DNA of 63,985 bases, filler included, from Octopus bimaculoides (GCF_001194135.2; 7 parts of 5 records of this genome joined end to end with filler, not necessarily neighbours in it), one strand, 5' to 3'; shown: positions 34,780 to 48,519, counted from the first letter of the whole stretch. A program made the numbers and translations. The notes: generated from the sequence alone by a model not told the origin.

Positions 34780-36600
34780 CTACATTCCGAGTTTAAGTTC
34801 CGGCTGTGGCCTTCTTCTTCCAAATATCTCTCCCTCTAAAGGTTCGTGGTAAACCAGAGCCCAAGAAATTTAACCGGTCCGTCTGTCCAGTGTCCTGTTA
34901 TGTTGTTTAACGGAAAGAAAAATAAATTATAATTACAAGCCCACCTCGCCGAATTTGTCTTTACTCCTGTCATCACTTCGTATTCCTTTAGAATGGAATC
35001 GACTATTTGCACTGCTGTGGTGGCGTCCGGTACCCTTACTGTGATCTTATCTGCATACACAAACACAAATTCTCCTGCATCCTAGCTAAAAAAGGATACA
35101 CCCATCTCCACGAGTTCTAACTTCCGCAGCAATGACTCGACAGTCAACTGCGTATATAAAGGATGAGAGAGGATAGATCCAACGGATCGAGTGAGTGATA
35201 TGAAAAAGTCCTGAGAGGCGGCCGTTCAATATGACCATCGAGCAAATGCCATTGTGCATTGCTACGATCTTGCCTCTGAAAACGGGTCTATAACGAGCTA
35301 CTGTTAGGGCTGCTGCCTGGTAGCAAGGGTTGACCTCATCGAAAGCTTTCCACTGCTCGAAACTGATCAGCACCTCACCTACTCCAAATTTGTTACTCGC
35401 ACCCTCTCTGATGTATTGCATGAGGTGGGGGTTGCCCTAGACGGATCTGTCGGGGATCGTACAGGTTTGTGCTTCACTGACCAAACAACTGATGACAAGC
35501 GTCAACTTCTTTGCTAACACCTTGGTCAAAGTCAATAACTTCGCATTTAGCGGAGTTATGGATCGAAAATTATCTATAATATTCCATTTGCTGGTGTCCT
35601 TTCTCAGCAGCGTTAACTCCACCCGGTCCACATAATTGGGAAGATTCCTGTTTTGCTGCCAGTTGCGGTAGACATTTGTCAAAAGGTTGCTAGATAGGGC
35701 TGGTATATAATCATAAAACTCAGAGTAGGTCATCCAAACTAAGTGATTTGTCCTTGTACAACCAGTCAGTACATCTCGTACCTCAGTGCCTTGTCTCTTT
35801 TAGCGAGAATCACATCAAGCCATCTCAGTTGGCATTAAAGTCCATAACAATCTCTGACCAATCGTTTACTCAGAACAGTTAAACAAAGTGCTGCTGGGAC
35901 GCGCACACATCTGCCTGGAACTGAATAGCACGCACCCATCGGTGTCTGTCAAAAACCGAAATGCGTCGTTATTGCCACGTTGTGTGTACCCCAGTCTTTC
36001 TCGTCGAACAGCTTCCGTTCCTTTTTGCTTTAGTGCCAGAGCTCGAGCTCTGGTAACGCAGCCTTGGTGTTTTGTGCTGAAGAGATGGCCGAGAGCCATT
36101 TTTGCAACGGGTACGTTGCTGGGGATACCATTTCTAATTGCCTCTTCTAGTTTATTGGTTAGCTTTCCCTCTTATCTATTCCTATCTCTCAGTTGCTCTT
36201 TACATATGTTAACCGATTCTTTAATATTTAATAGCCCTCTTCAGGACTCCCCATCACCTGCTGTTCATTATTGTTCCTGTGAAATGTCACTTGATTAGTT
36301 CGCTACTCCAATCTCTGAAGATTTTGCGTGTCTGGAAAGACACATTCAACTGGTCTCCGTCTATGAGTCGTATCAAAGTCGACTTCGCAGGCTACAAATC
36401 TCTGGTATGTGTAGCCGATCAATTTAAATTGTAGTTACCCAATGCTATATCAGTCAACTAACTTAACGAATACTCTGTTGATTTGGAAAGCCCAATGTGG
36501 TTGCTCCAAGTCCATACTAGCACACTTGGGAAATCTTTCAGTACCTGTCAGACAGTTGGAAACGTCTGAACAGGTTTCCGAGGCTTTTGCAAACCCGATG
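34780..36600 (-). mobile_element. Decayed L1/Tx1-clade LINE (endonuclease C-terminal part plus RT)
   Basis: NFRSITPLN, KVLAKKL, EQWKAFDEVN, VYADKITV, EYEVMTGVKTN and INRVFVK...IGYT remnants in several frames. Confidence 0.85.
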
Positions 36601-37399
36601 ATGATGATGATGATGATGGCGATTACGACGACGACAACGACGATGATACTGAACATGATAAGACGCAGTTAGCATACTTGAAGAAGGATGTAATGAATGT
36701 TGTTACACAGTAAATGTAAACGGTGTTTACCCAAAATAAACGCCATATGTTGAAATGACAGATCAGCCTCTGTATATTTAGAAATATATTTCTAAATATA
36801 CATGTGCGTATATGTNNNNNNNNNNNNNNNNNNNNNNNNNNNNNNNNNNNNNNNNNNNNNNNNNNNNNNNNNNNNNNNNNNNNNNNNNNNNNNNNNNNNN
36901 NNNNNNNNNNNNNNNNNNNNNNNNNNNNNNNNNNNNNNNNNNNNNNNNNNNNNNNNNNNNNNNNNNNNNNNNNNNNNNNNNNNNNNNNNNNNNNNNNNNN
37001 NNNNNNNNNNNNNNNNNNNNNNNNNNNNNNNNNNNAGAAATACATCTAGAAATATATTTACAAATGAATCATAAATTTTACACATATATATCTTAGGAGC
37101 ACAACTTTTGTAAAGAAACAGCGACGGAACCTGTAGCTGGTTGTTCTATCTGCTAGAAAGAGTACCTAGGTGTCCCATGAAATCATCTCATGCTCTTCTT
37201 AGGGGCAAAAAGGCACAGAGGACAGTATAGTCTTAGGTGCTGCCCTATGCATAGGAAAAAGAGGGCACGCTTAGAATGTCGCTGATCATAGTTCTTTTTG
37301 ACCAGGCACTCACCCAGGGCTAAAGGATTACAGTACTCATAAAACATGAAGTGATGATGGCATGGACTCAACTTGTTTCTGCTGAAATGTACTGGTTTG

Positions 37400-37922
37400 G
37401 TTTGAATTAATTTTTTTTTTAAATAATGAAGAATTTAGTAGAATAACTGGTATTATAATCACCTTCATTAACATATTTCTGTCGAAATACAATTTGTTTC
37501 AATTAATTTTTTAAATAATGAAGAATTTAGAAAAATAACTTTGTCGTTGTTAATCCCTTCCGTTACTATATTTTTGATGAGAGATACTGCCTTTGTTTCA
37601 GTTAATTTTGAAAATAATAAATAATTTAGTCAATTAACTTTAGCATTATTAAGCAGGTGTTTGGAACATAACATGGAATTTATAGAGAATTTTAATTTAG
37701 ATTACTTTAAACACGAAGTTTATATAATAGAACCAGGGATGCTCTCTTGCGGGTTAGTATTAATAATGAATTTATTGAAATGATTCCATCATTATTAAGC
37801 TGGTGTTTGGAACATTACATGAAAATCTGATGGAATGTTTTAATTTCGATCATTTTAAAACAGAAAGTTTGTACCAGAGAACCGGAGACAGTCACAGGTG
37901 GATCGGTAACAAATGAGTTAAA
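37400..37922. mobile_element. Cluster of piggyBac-like MITE copies (best copy 37550-37758)
   Basis: TTAA-ccc / ggg-TTA ends; repeated taatgaagaatttag and ttaagc(a/t)ggtgtttggaacat blocks. Confidence 0.5.
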
Positions 37923-37989
37923 ACAGCAGGCGAATTGTTACCAAAGATGTCTCCTAAATGCAACAACATTATCTAACGCACATCTGGTG

Positions 37990-38745
37990 GCGCGAAAGAG
38001 CAATACTTGGACTCAAATGATTTTGAAGACTGCGGAATAAATGATAATCAGATGGGGCAATGTCCGGAAAATATGGTGGATGGGGCATCGTTTCCCATTC
38101 AAACCGCTCCAGCCTTTGGAGTGTCACCCTCGCTGCATGTGGCCGAGTATTATCCTGATGGAAGAACACTTTTCGTCTTGAAACCAAAGATGGTCGTTTT
38201 ACTTCTAGAACCGATTTAAGCCGTTCAATCTGCTCACAGTAGTTCTTTGTTATCGTTTGATTTGAGTTTAAATGTTCAAAGTGGACTAAACTTTTCATAT
38301 CCCACCAAACAGATAACAACTCCTTACGTGGGTGAAGACTTTCTTTAGCCTGGGGTGCCAGTGTTTCTCTTTTCCCTACCCACTGTCTTCGGCGCTTGAC
38401 ATTTTTATAGAGAATCCATTTCTCGTCATCAGTCAGTATTCGTTCCAAAAAAGGTTCATTCGTGAGACGTGACAGCAAAGAAGAGCACATGTTCACTCAC
38501 TGCACGTGATTAGACTCTGAAAGTTTGTGAGGAACTCATTGACCCAATTTTCAGACTTTTCCGATGGCACGCAGGTGTCGATGAATGGTTGAATGACCAA
38601 ATCCAAGCTTCTCTACTAGTTCCCCAACAGTTACGGTGGGATTTTGCTCCACCAGGGTTTGCAGGATGTCCTCGTTGAGCTCTACAGATCTTCCAGGACG
38701 AGGCTCATCTTCTAGGCTGTAGTTTCCGGCTCGGAATTTCTGGAA
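37990..38745 (-). mobile_element. Decayed mariner transposase fragment
   Basis: RILTDDEKW, LHPRKELLSVWWD, HQDNTRPH, PYFPDIAPSDYHLFRSLQN. Confidence 0.92.
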
Positions 38746-38749
38746 ACAC

Positions 38750-39195
38750 CGTTGACACTGATTACGTTTATTGTCCGATCCCCATATACTGCATTAATAT
38801 TCGCAAAGTCACAGAAAGTGTATGGAGAGGAGTGTATGAGGCGCACACAAATGTATGAGTGGTTCAGACGTTTCCAAGACGGCCGAAAATGTCGATATTT
38901 ACGAACGTTCTTGGAGACCCGTAACCAGCAGAACTGAGAAAAACATCGCAGATGTGCGTGCAGCTGTGAGGGGAAAATCGTCCAATCGCCATCCGTGAGT
39001 TATCACAGGATATGCGTTTTAGTTACGGTTCAGTTCAGTCCATTACCACTGAAGATTTGGGTATGAGACGCACGTCTGCCAAATTTGTGCCAAAACTGCT
39101 TTCAGTTGGCCAAAAAGATACTCGGGTTTCAGTTGCACAAGATCTCGTTGATTGTGTCGAGAACGAGGAAAACTTTTCCAAAACTTTGCGTAGGT
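38750..39195 (+). mobile_element. Mariner 5' fragment (different family, opposite strand)
   Basis: VYGEECMRRTQMYEWFRRFQDGR; GMRRTSAKFVPKLLS. Confidence 0.85.
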
Positions 39196-39310
39196 CTCTG
39201 AGTAGGTATCNNNNNNNNNNNNNNNNNNNNNNNNNNNNNNNNNNNNNNNNNNNNTTAATTAATTAANNNNNNNNNNNNNNNNNNNNNNNNNNNNNNNNNN
39301 NNNNNNNNNN

Positions 39311-40075
39311 TCAGTCGGGAAATATGTAGCTGAGTATTGTCATGAACAATGATTGACCCTCTCTGTTGACCAGTCTGGGACGGAGGAGCAGCAGCAGTTT
39401 TTCGTTCATTTTGGCAAATTCATGGCAATATGTTTTTGCAGTAATGCTTTTTCAGGATTTTAAGAAGTTACAGTGGATGAGTCCAGCAGTACACCACCAA
39501 ACAGTTACCATAATCTTCTTTTTGAAGAGTTCGGCTTTAGGGAAGGGTTTCGGTGCTTCATTTTGGTCCAACCACTGCGGAGAACGTCTTTCATTATTGT
39601 ACAGATTCCACTTTTCATCGCAAATTACAATACGGTCGAGAAATGAATCGGTTTGGTTACGGAGAAGCAACGAGAAAATTTCTTATCTGTGTATTTTCTG
39701 ATTTTCATTCAAATCGTGTGGTACCTTATTTGTCAAGCGTTTTTAATTTTCCGGTCGCATGCAGGTAGTTTTCTGGCTAATTTGAAGTTCTTTTCCCAGT
39801 TCTCGAGTGGTTTTATTTGGATCTTTCTCAATGACGGCCTTTAATTAACCGTCATCGATGACAGATGGGCGTCCACTACACGCACGAACTTCAAGGCTCA
39901 GGTACCCACTGCGAAATCTTTTAAACCATTTTCGAGCTGACCATTCACTGGTCATTTCCTCACCAAATGTTTCGTTGATATTGCGAGTAGTTTCAGCTGC
40001 TTTGCGGTCTTTTTTGAAGCTGAATAGTAAAATTGCTCGAATATTACGCTCTGACAGTTCCATTTCAGATGATTG
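39311..40075 (-). mobile_element. Decayed mariner transposase, N-terminal two-thirds
   Basis: MELSERNIRAILLFSFKK...RSGRPS-like motif; LDRIVICDEKW; KIMVTVWW. Confidence 0.9.
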
Positions 40076-41138
40076 TAACAACAGTGAAAAAAATATCAAT
40101 GTTAATTTATTGATGCATTTGGGCAAGTCTATGTCTGTATTATCAGACAATTACAAATAATGTTTTAAAAATTCAAAACTCTGCAAACATCCAGTACAAA
40201 TTCGTTATGGTTCGAAGGTTGCTTACTTTTTACTCAAACTGATATATGTATGTTCGTGTATTTAAGNNNNNNNNNNNNNNNNNNNNNNNNNNNNNNNNNN
40301 NNNNNNNNNNNNNNNNNNNNNNNNNNNNNNNNNNNNNNNNNNNNNNNNNNNNNNNNNNNNNNNNNNNNNNNNNNNNNNNNNNNNNNNNNNNNNNNNNNNN
40401 NNNNNNNNNNNNNNNNNNNNNNNNNNNNNNNNNNNNNNNNNNNNNNNNNNNNNNNNNNNNNNNNNNNNNNNNNNNNNNNNNNNNNNNNNNNNNNNNNNNN
40501 NNNNNNNNNNNNNNNNNNNNNNNNNNNNNNNNNNNNNNNNNNNNNNNNNNNNNNNNNNNNNNNNNNNNNNNNNNNNNNNNNNNNNNNNNNNNNNNNNNNN
40601 NNNNNNNNNNNNNNNNNNNNNNNNNNNNNNNNNNNNNNNNNNNNNNNNNNNNNNNNNNNNNNNNNNNNNNNNNNNNNNNNNNNNNNNNNNNNNNNNNNNN
40701 NNNNNNNNNNNNNNNNNNNNNNNNNNNNNNNNNNNNNNNNNNNNNNNNNNNNNNNNNNNNNNNNNNNNNNNNNNNNNNNNNNNNNNNNNNNNNNNNNNNN
40801 NNNNNNNNNNNNNNNNNNNNNNNNNNNNNNNNNNNNNNNNNNNNNNNNNNNNNNNNNNNNNNNNNNNNNNNNNNNNNNNNNNNNNNNNNNNNNNNNNNNN
40901 NNNNNNNNNNNNNNNNNNNNNNNNNNNNNNNNNNNNNNNNNNNNNNNNNNNNNNNNNNNNNNNNNNNNNNNNNNNNNNNNNNNNNNNNNNNNNNNNNNNN
41001 NNNNNNNNNNNNNNNNNNNNNNNNNNNNNNNNNNNNNTATATATATATTGTATATCGATGCGTTTCTATAATATATCGTTTTCTTCGCTATACAACGTAT
41101 GCAGTAAGAATAGTACAGCGGTAACTCGCCGTGGAAAG

Positions 41139-41173
<35 letters not shown>

Positions 41174-41778
41174 AAAAATAGCAACAGCAAGAACTATAAA
41201 AATAATAATAACAACAAAATAATCGGAAACTGGGAGATTGTGAATGGAATCATTGTAGATGACAGACTAATGCATAGGTTCACTAAATAAATAATGGCAA
41301 CTTGAAATTGCAACGAATTGAGTATATTTATGCTCATAAAACATTTTAGAAGCAAATTGGTTGGTGAAAGGAAATTCATATATTTGTACTTCCGTACATA
41401 CATACATGTGCACTTTTAAAACTCAGGCTCTCAGACACACAGATATATACACACACGTGTGTTTAAATAGAACGATAGAGATAGAGATAGATAGATAGCT
41501 AGATAGACAGATAGAGAGACAGATAGAGAGATGGAAAGACACATAGAGGCAGACCCAGAGAAACAAGCAGAGAGAGAGAGAGTGAGAGAGAGAGAGAGAA
41601 AGAGGGAGGCAGAATATGATCTCTATTTGAAATGTGCATCTGACAGGATTTTATAAATAATGTGATATATATCACATCGAGATATATTTCGAATACATAA
41701 TTGATACACAAGCATCTGCAAAGAAAGGTACGCACACGCACACACAAGCACACACACACACCCACGCACATACACAGC

Positions 41779-41814
<36 letters not shown>

Positions 41815-41849
41815 CGTGTGTATGTTATGGGTATTTAGAATAATTAAGT

Positions 41850-42870
41850 ATGTTTTTAAGTTGGAGAAAGCCAACGAACTCCGAGAAAGTGGGTGGCCAT
41901 TTGAGTTGCAACAGAAATGCAAAGGGAGGAGACACCATGTTTGTAGTAGCAGTGTGTTTGTAAAAAAATACAAGCCAATAAATCGAGTGTACTTTGATGT
42001 GACTTTGGATATAATGTGTTTTATTGTAACAAGTCCTAGATTCTGAAATAAGTACTCTTCAATAGGTCTTAGCAGAGCTTTGTTGAAGTTCAATAGTCGA
42101 TGCTGGGAGCAGTGAAATATATTCAGTTTTTAACATGCTACCTTTCATATAATGATGATGTACATTCATCAGAAGGGTTCTTCAGTTACTACGGCTCTAT
42201 CATATGGATCTATTCTGAATGTTCCAGTTGCCTTCTATTTACGTTTTTCTTTTGTATGCGCATCAATTGCCTTCTATTTCTGTTTAAGGAAATAAGCTTT
42301 ACATAACATTATTCAGATTATTAAGAAGTTTTTGACTTGTTTGGGGTTTTTTTTTGTCTTTTGTACTTTCAAGGAGTCATTTCGGATACACTAGGTTGTA
42401 TGTGTATTGTGGTGTCTTTGGTTGCAAGGAGGGTTAGAAAGATATAAAGTATGCTAGTATTTGCTTAGCACTACTTCCTGTAAACGGAGGCGGCAAGAAA
42501 ATCGAAGATATATAAGAGAAACAATGCTGGGAACAGTTCTGGTGTCTGTGTCACTCCAAACCTGACAGAATGCGATCAGAAAGAATGCCATCAAGGTGAT
42601 CTGTGATAGTGAAATTTCATAGGATGCCAGCGACTCAAGCAACGAGAGGCAAATGGAGTTCATAACCTGGCAATTTTAGACAGGAGTTTACTGTACCCGT
42701 TGTGATCGAAAGCTTTGCTGATGTTAAAGCAAGTATCATCACTGTTGCCAGATTTCTTAAGAGTGGGGAGTGTTGGTGAGCGACATACAATATTGCAATG
42801 TCCATTAGGTTTGCTTTTAGGAAAACATAAGTGATAGCCAATAAGAATGGAAAGAAATTCAACGTGTTAC
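41850..42870 (-). mobile_element. Highly decayed LINE RT-like remnant
   Basis: LLNFNKAL (cf. LDFxKAFD) and QTWCLLPLHF (cf. QGCPLSPLLF); weak match. Confidence 0.35.
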
Positions 42871-42898
42871 ATAGGTTGTCCTTAATGGCTGTTTTTAT

Positions 42899-42957
<59 letters not shown>

Positions 42958-43152
42958 GTCCCTCTTTTGTTTTTACTTATTTTTTGAAGGACTTGTGAAA
43001 ACGAAAGCCATCCCCATTAGAAGAGGAATAGTCCAGGGNNNNNNNNNNNNNNNNNNNNNNNNNNNNNNNNNNNNNNNNNNNNNNNNNNNNNNNNNNNNNN
43101 NNNNNNNNNNNNNNNNNNNNNNNNNNNNNNNNNNNNNNTAATAATAATAATA

Positions 43153-43183
<31 letters not shown>

Positions 43184-43529
43184 TGATAATAATGATAATA
43201 ATATCAATAATCCCAGCTACTAAAGGCACCTGAAATTTGGGGGAGGAGACGGAACTAGTCGATTACATCAACCTCAGTATTTCGCTGGTACTTAATTTAT
43301 CGACTAGGAAATGACGAAAGGCAAAGTGGACCTTGGCGGAATTTGAACTCAGAACGCGACGGGCGAAATACCTGTAACCATTTCGTCCCCTTAATAATAA
43401 TAATTATGATTATTTCAAATTGTTGCCACAACGGCAGCTTGGGGAAGATGTTTTAATAAACGTATTTTCTGTGTGGTCTTATCAGAACAAAGGTGAAAAA
43501 GAAGACTAGGAATTTTGGTGATTTGTTTG

Positions 43530-44940
43530 TGGCAGAAAAACTTAAATGTTCACTTAGCAGAATCTTTTCAGCATCAGGATATTCCCAGAGCTCAGGGAGG
43601 TCGAGGCTTCATCCAGCTTGAACTTACGTACAAAACCACCACAATCGGACTGGCCAAATACATTGAAACCACTAACGATTGTATGCTGAAACATGTTGAA
43701 AAACATGAAAGCCCAAAAAAACTTCACTCTACTCTGAAAGAAAGCAAAACATTTGCTACTGATCTCTTAGATACCCACCAGCTTGATCAGGTTGAAGGAA
43801 ATGCGCCAACTGCTGCTGCAAAGAAAATAAAATTAATTACAAAGACAAAAGCTCATGAAAAATTAGCTAGCAGATGTGAACAGAAACCTCTGCATGGCAA
43901 GTATGTTGCTCGTAGCAAACAAGATGATGTCGACCAGAAACACACGCATCAATGGTTACGAAACTCAGGGCTAAAAGCAGAGAGTGAAGGCTTTATATTA
44001 GCTGCTCAATACCAAAGCTTATTAACCCGGAACTACCAAGCCAATGTGATAAAAAAATGGAGCTGACCCAAAATGCCGATTCTATAACGATGCGATAGAA
44101 ATTATAGACCACCTAATCTCAGGGTGTAGAGTCTTAGCACTTGTAGAATATAAATAAGGCATGACAAAGTCGGCCAGTATTTACACTGGACAATATGTCG
44201 GCATTATAAAATCAAAATCCGCTGACAAATGGTATAAACACCATCCTGAAACTGTGACTGAGGGAGAAAATGTATCGATTCTCTGGGACTTCCCCGTACA
44301 TACTGACCAAACTATAAAAGCTAATAAACCGGATATTAAAGAAGNNNNNNNNNNNNNNNNNNNNNNNNNNNNNNNNNNNNNNNNNNNNNNNNNNNNNNNN
44401 NNNNNNNNNNNNNNNNNNAAAAGCTAATAAACCGGATATTATTATAAAAGATCAGACAAAGAAGTGTTTATTAATTGACATGAGTATTCCTTGTGATCAT
44501 AATATAGCGGCGAAAGAATTTGACAAGATCAGTAAATATAAAGACTTGCTAATAGAAATTGAAAAAATGTGGCACCTCAAGGCGACTACTGTACTAGTGA
44601 TTGTAGGATCTCTAGGAATGATAAAAAGAAAAAGGTACTGAAACCTATTTGGAAATGATGCCAGGTTTACCATCCCTACAGGAAGTGCAAAAGATAGTGT
44701 TAAATGGAACGACTCATGTACTGAGAAGAGCATTATCGCTGGGAAAACAACATCCATTCATGAATTTATGTATTTATTATTTTTTTTAATACATATTTTA
44801 CCTGTGAATTTGCGTGTGTAAACTGGGAATGCGTACTATGAGCTTTTCTGCCCTAGGTGTACGGAAAACACTTGGCAAGAAATGGAAGAATATTTGAAGA
44901 AAGAAGAAAAAACAATAAAAACAATAACAACATCGAAGAC
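43530..44940 (+). mobile_element. R4/Dong-type (RLE endonuclease) non-LTR retrotransposon, 3' portion
   Basis: GGRGFIQLE, KPLHGKY, ESEGFILAAQ, DHLISGC, ILWDF...ANKPDI, DKISKYKDL, VIVGSLG. Confidence 0.88.
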
Positions 44941-45129
44941 TACCTTAGGAATGAGAAGCCAGGTTCGAAATTTACCCAAGACACCTGAAGAAGGCTGAAG
45001 GATATATCAGCCGAAACGTTGGGTTAACAACAAAGATGAGGACAAATGTAAATAACGTAGATAATGCTCATAAATTTATATGATTTTTTTTTCTGAGAAC
45101 ATTTCATACAATTCTTGGATCTTGTTTCA

Positions 45130-45560
45130 ACAATGAAGTACTTTTATTGATGATACTGTAGGAGCTGTATTTCTTGACTTGTGTGTTGAGCACGTGAGGT
45201 ATTTGAATCGAATATATTATCTTTGAATAATTTTACTTTGTTAAAGTCTTTTCCGTTATCAATAAATTATATCGAGTACTGTCTTTCAAGTAGCATTTGT
45301 TTAAGTTCTTGAAGGCTTTTGTCTTCAGTTTCAACATTCGAAGCTACAGAATATATCTGTCGTACGAGATTGAACTGTAAATCTGCTTTAGAATGTTTCG
45401 GCAAGTGAGAAAGAAATAGGAAATATTGTTTATTATGTCGGTCTGGAGTGAATTTCGGTTTCGATGTTTGTGTCGTTTTTAATGATATAACAAAGGAAGA
45501 TTAATTGATTTCGTGTGCTTTCCAGTGTGAACTATCCATTTTTTGTTTATGTTACTAGTG
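45130..45560 (-). mobile_element. Penelope-like RT C-terminal remnant
   Basis: SHLPKHSKADLQFNLVRQIYSVASNVETEDKSLQELKQMLLERQY. Confidence 0.6.
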
Positions 45561-45768
45561 TTTTGAAACAGTTAATAAATTAAATTCTCACACTCATATA
45601 CATAGACTGCCATATATACAAAGAGTTGAGTCATTTCTTTACTTTTAGCTATTCTATCAACATGTTCATATCACCACATAAATATATTCACTAAATTTCC
45701 ACAGCCTTAACTTCTGACCTGTTGACTAATACTTTATAATATGTTATACACTGCACACACACATACAT

Positions 45769-45840
<72 letters not shown>

Positions 45841-46639
45841 TATGTGTGTATGTACATATCGACTGTACTGTCACTAATACACGGACAGCGTTACTGTCAC
45901 AAGGCACATTCACTGGTGCAATGCAACTTCAACTTTTGGCACAGAGCGTACTGACCTTCGGAACTTGTAACCTACACTTCTACTTATGGCAATTAATAAG
46001 TATTTGGCAAAGTTCATAGTATATAGCGATAAAGTGCAGACAAACAACATTGTAAAGCAAAAAGTACATGCTGGAATAATAGAAATAACACTTAAGAATT
46101 GATTTTGTGTGCATAAGCATTCATTTGTCTGACCTAGTAAAGAAAGCGGTGCAGCTTTGTTACATTTTATGTTACTTTTACGCGATGTAACATCTCATGA
46201 ATTCAAAATTACTTGTTCGAATGTAGACAACGCACAGAACTACAGGAACTGCGGTTTTAATTTTAAAACAGTGCAGTGTGATTTTTGTACGAAACAGGAA
46301 ATAATAACTTTATTTGAACGCAATAACAGTTTAAATAACGAAAAGAATTATTAGGACATTGCATTCATGAAGCTAAGCATTTCTCTTGTAATTTCAAGTC
46401 TCTTTGATTCTGACCTCGTTCGACGACAAAACGTTTTGCTTTAAAGAAAATATTTTCAGAAACAAAAGTAACTAAGATCACAAATAAGGGAAATATAATA
46501 AAGAGTATTAGCAATTCAGATACATTCATTCTCTTAAAATGGCTGTGTAGTAAAGAAGTTTGCTTCGCAACAACGCGTTTTCTGGTTCAGTCCAACAGGA
46601 CGACACCTTGAGTGAGGGTATTCTACTATAACCTAGGGC

Positions 46640-46684
<45 letters not shown>

Positions 46685-46688
46685 CACA

Positions 46689-46759
<71 letters not shown>

Positions 46760-47019
46760 ATTTCAAAATGTAACCACATGTGAATCGTTGGTGATTTTAT
46801 ACCTCCGTCTGCCCTTCTTATTGGACTTTCCTATGCTTCTGAAGAAGAGCTTTGCTCGAAACGTAAAACCACCTTTCTTTCCTTCCCTGAGCGTCTACTA
46901 ATACTTTACATGTACCACGTCCTCACGTTGTTCTTGTTGTTTTTTGTGTTTGTTCGTTCCTTTTGATTTACTATATATATAAAATGATGGTTTGTTACCA
47001 GCTTATTGTGATAGTCACA

Positions 47020-47270
47020 GGAAAGGGAAGAATGCTACTGCTATTTAGCCCCAAGTAACACAGATTCTTGTTGGTTACGTGACACATGCGTTCTGTGTCC
47101 TTGAGTTTTCAAACAGGGGAGCATCCAGAGACTAGTTTCAGGGTAGTTGCCCTTCATAAGTCTGGAGTAGTTTGGCTTTGCTAGCTGTCAAAGCTAAATC
47201 GCTGTTGAAAACTTATATAATTTCAAGCGAAATAAATTCGCTGAGCTACAAACACGGTTTCTAGTTGGCT
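47020..47270 (-). mobile_element. Unclassified repeat with a hammerhead-ribozyme-like motif (47124-47166)
   Basis: Minus strand tccaga-CTTATGA-aggg caacta ccct-GAAA-ctag TC-tctgga. Confidence 0.65.
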
Positions 47271-47384
47271 ACATACCAGAGGCATTTTTCCCTTTCCTGG
47301 GACTGCTACATAAGTTGGCAACAAACCATCACTTTATCGTGCTGCTACTGCATAACTCTCTCTGAGAGATTTAGAAATGCAATA

Positions 47385-47427
<43 letters not shown>

Positions 47428-47528
47428 NNNNNNNNNNNNNNNNNNNNNNNNNNNNNNNNNNNNNNNNNNNNTTAATTAATTAANNNNNNNNNNNNNNNNN
47501 NNNNNNNNNNNNNNNNNNNNNNNNNNNA

Positions 47529-47915
47529 TGCGGGCGACACATGAAATCTTTTGAGCGGGATCATTGCCAGTGCCCCTGGACTGGCTCATGTGCGGGCGAC
47601 ACATGATATCTTTCGTGCGAGATCGTTGCCAGTGCCCCTGGACTGGCTCTTGTGCGGGTGACACATGAGGTTTCTCGAGCGAGATGAGCATGGCCGTTGC
47701 CAGTACCGCTTGACTGGCCTTCGTGCGGGTGACACGTAAAAGCACCCACTACACTCTCTGAGTGGTTGGCGTTGGGAAGGGCGTCCAGCTGTGGAAACAC
47801 TGCCAAATCAGATTGGAGCCTGGTGTAGCCATCTGGTTTCACCAGTCCTCAGTCAAATCGTCCAACCCATGCTAGCATGGAAAGCGGACGTTAAACGATG
47901 ATGATGATGATGATG
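47529..47915 (+). mobile_element. RTE-type 3'-end repeat with (GAT)n tail, containing a 62-bp minisatellite (47529-47735)
   Basis: Ends gctagcatggaaagcggacgttaaacgatgatgat. Other copies at 53545-53708(+) and 56893-57132(-). Confidence 0.7.
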
Positions 47916-48519
47916 AGTTCCTGCTCTTCTGAACTAGCAAAAATTGTAAAGCTCCTTCGTTTGGACCCATCTGATACAAATGCTTTCCTTACTCTATCAT
48001 CTATACACTATCTCACTATAAGTAAGCCTCCCTCCACCATATCCACAATCATCTGTGATTCATTCTCATCTGATACCTCCCTACAGGCATCAACCTACAG
48101 AAGTCTGTGTTGAGCATTAATTTCATCAACCTAGTCAGTCTACAAAGGCTATGGCCACTATCTTGCCACTGTAAAAAAAAAAGGTAAATATTTATTATTA
48201 CAAGATAATGGAATTCAGCAATATAATTAATTCAGTAAGTAAACATAACAAAAAAACAGCAATGAAGTTAACAAAGTTACTGTGTGGTAAGAAGTTTGCT
48301 TCCCAACTACATGGCTCCAGATTCAGTCCCACCATGTGGCACCCTGGGCAAGAGTCTTCTACAATAGCTTTAGGCCGACCAAAGCCTTGTGTGTGGATTT
48401 GGTAGACAGAAACTGAAATAAGCCTGTTGCATGTACGTATATATGTCTAACCAACAGTTTGCAATGGAGAGACAACCACTACCATACTCACTGAGGAATA
48501 TCCAAATACATCCAAGGAA

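Noticed and set aside
46350-46447. Minus-strand acceptor followed by KTFCRRTRSESKRLEITREMLSFMNAMS*
   Set aside because: Isolated, no partner exons, and short enough to be chance
47529-47735. 62-bp regularly spaced repeats (CRISPR-like spacing)
   Set aside because: Whole units are similar with no unique spacers; a minisatellite inside a retroelement tail in eukaryotic DNA
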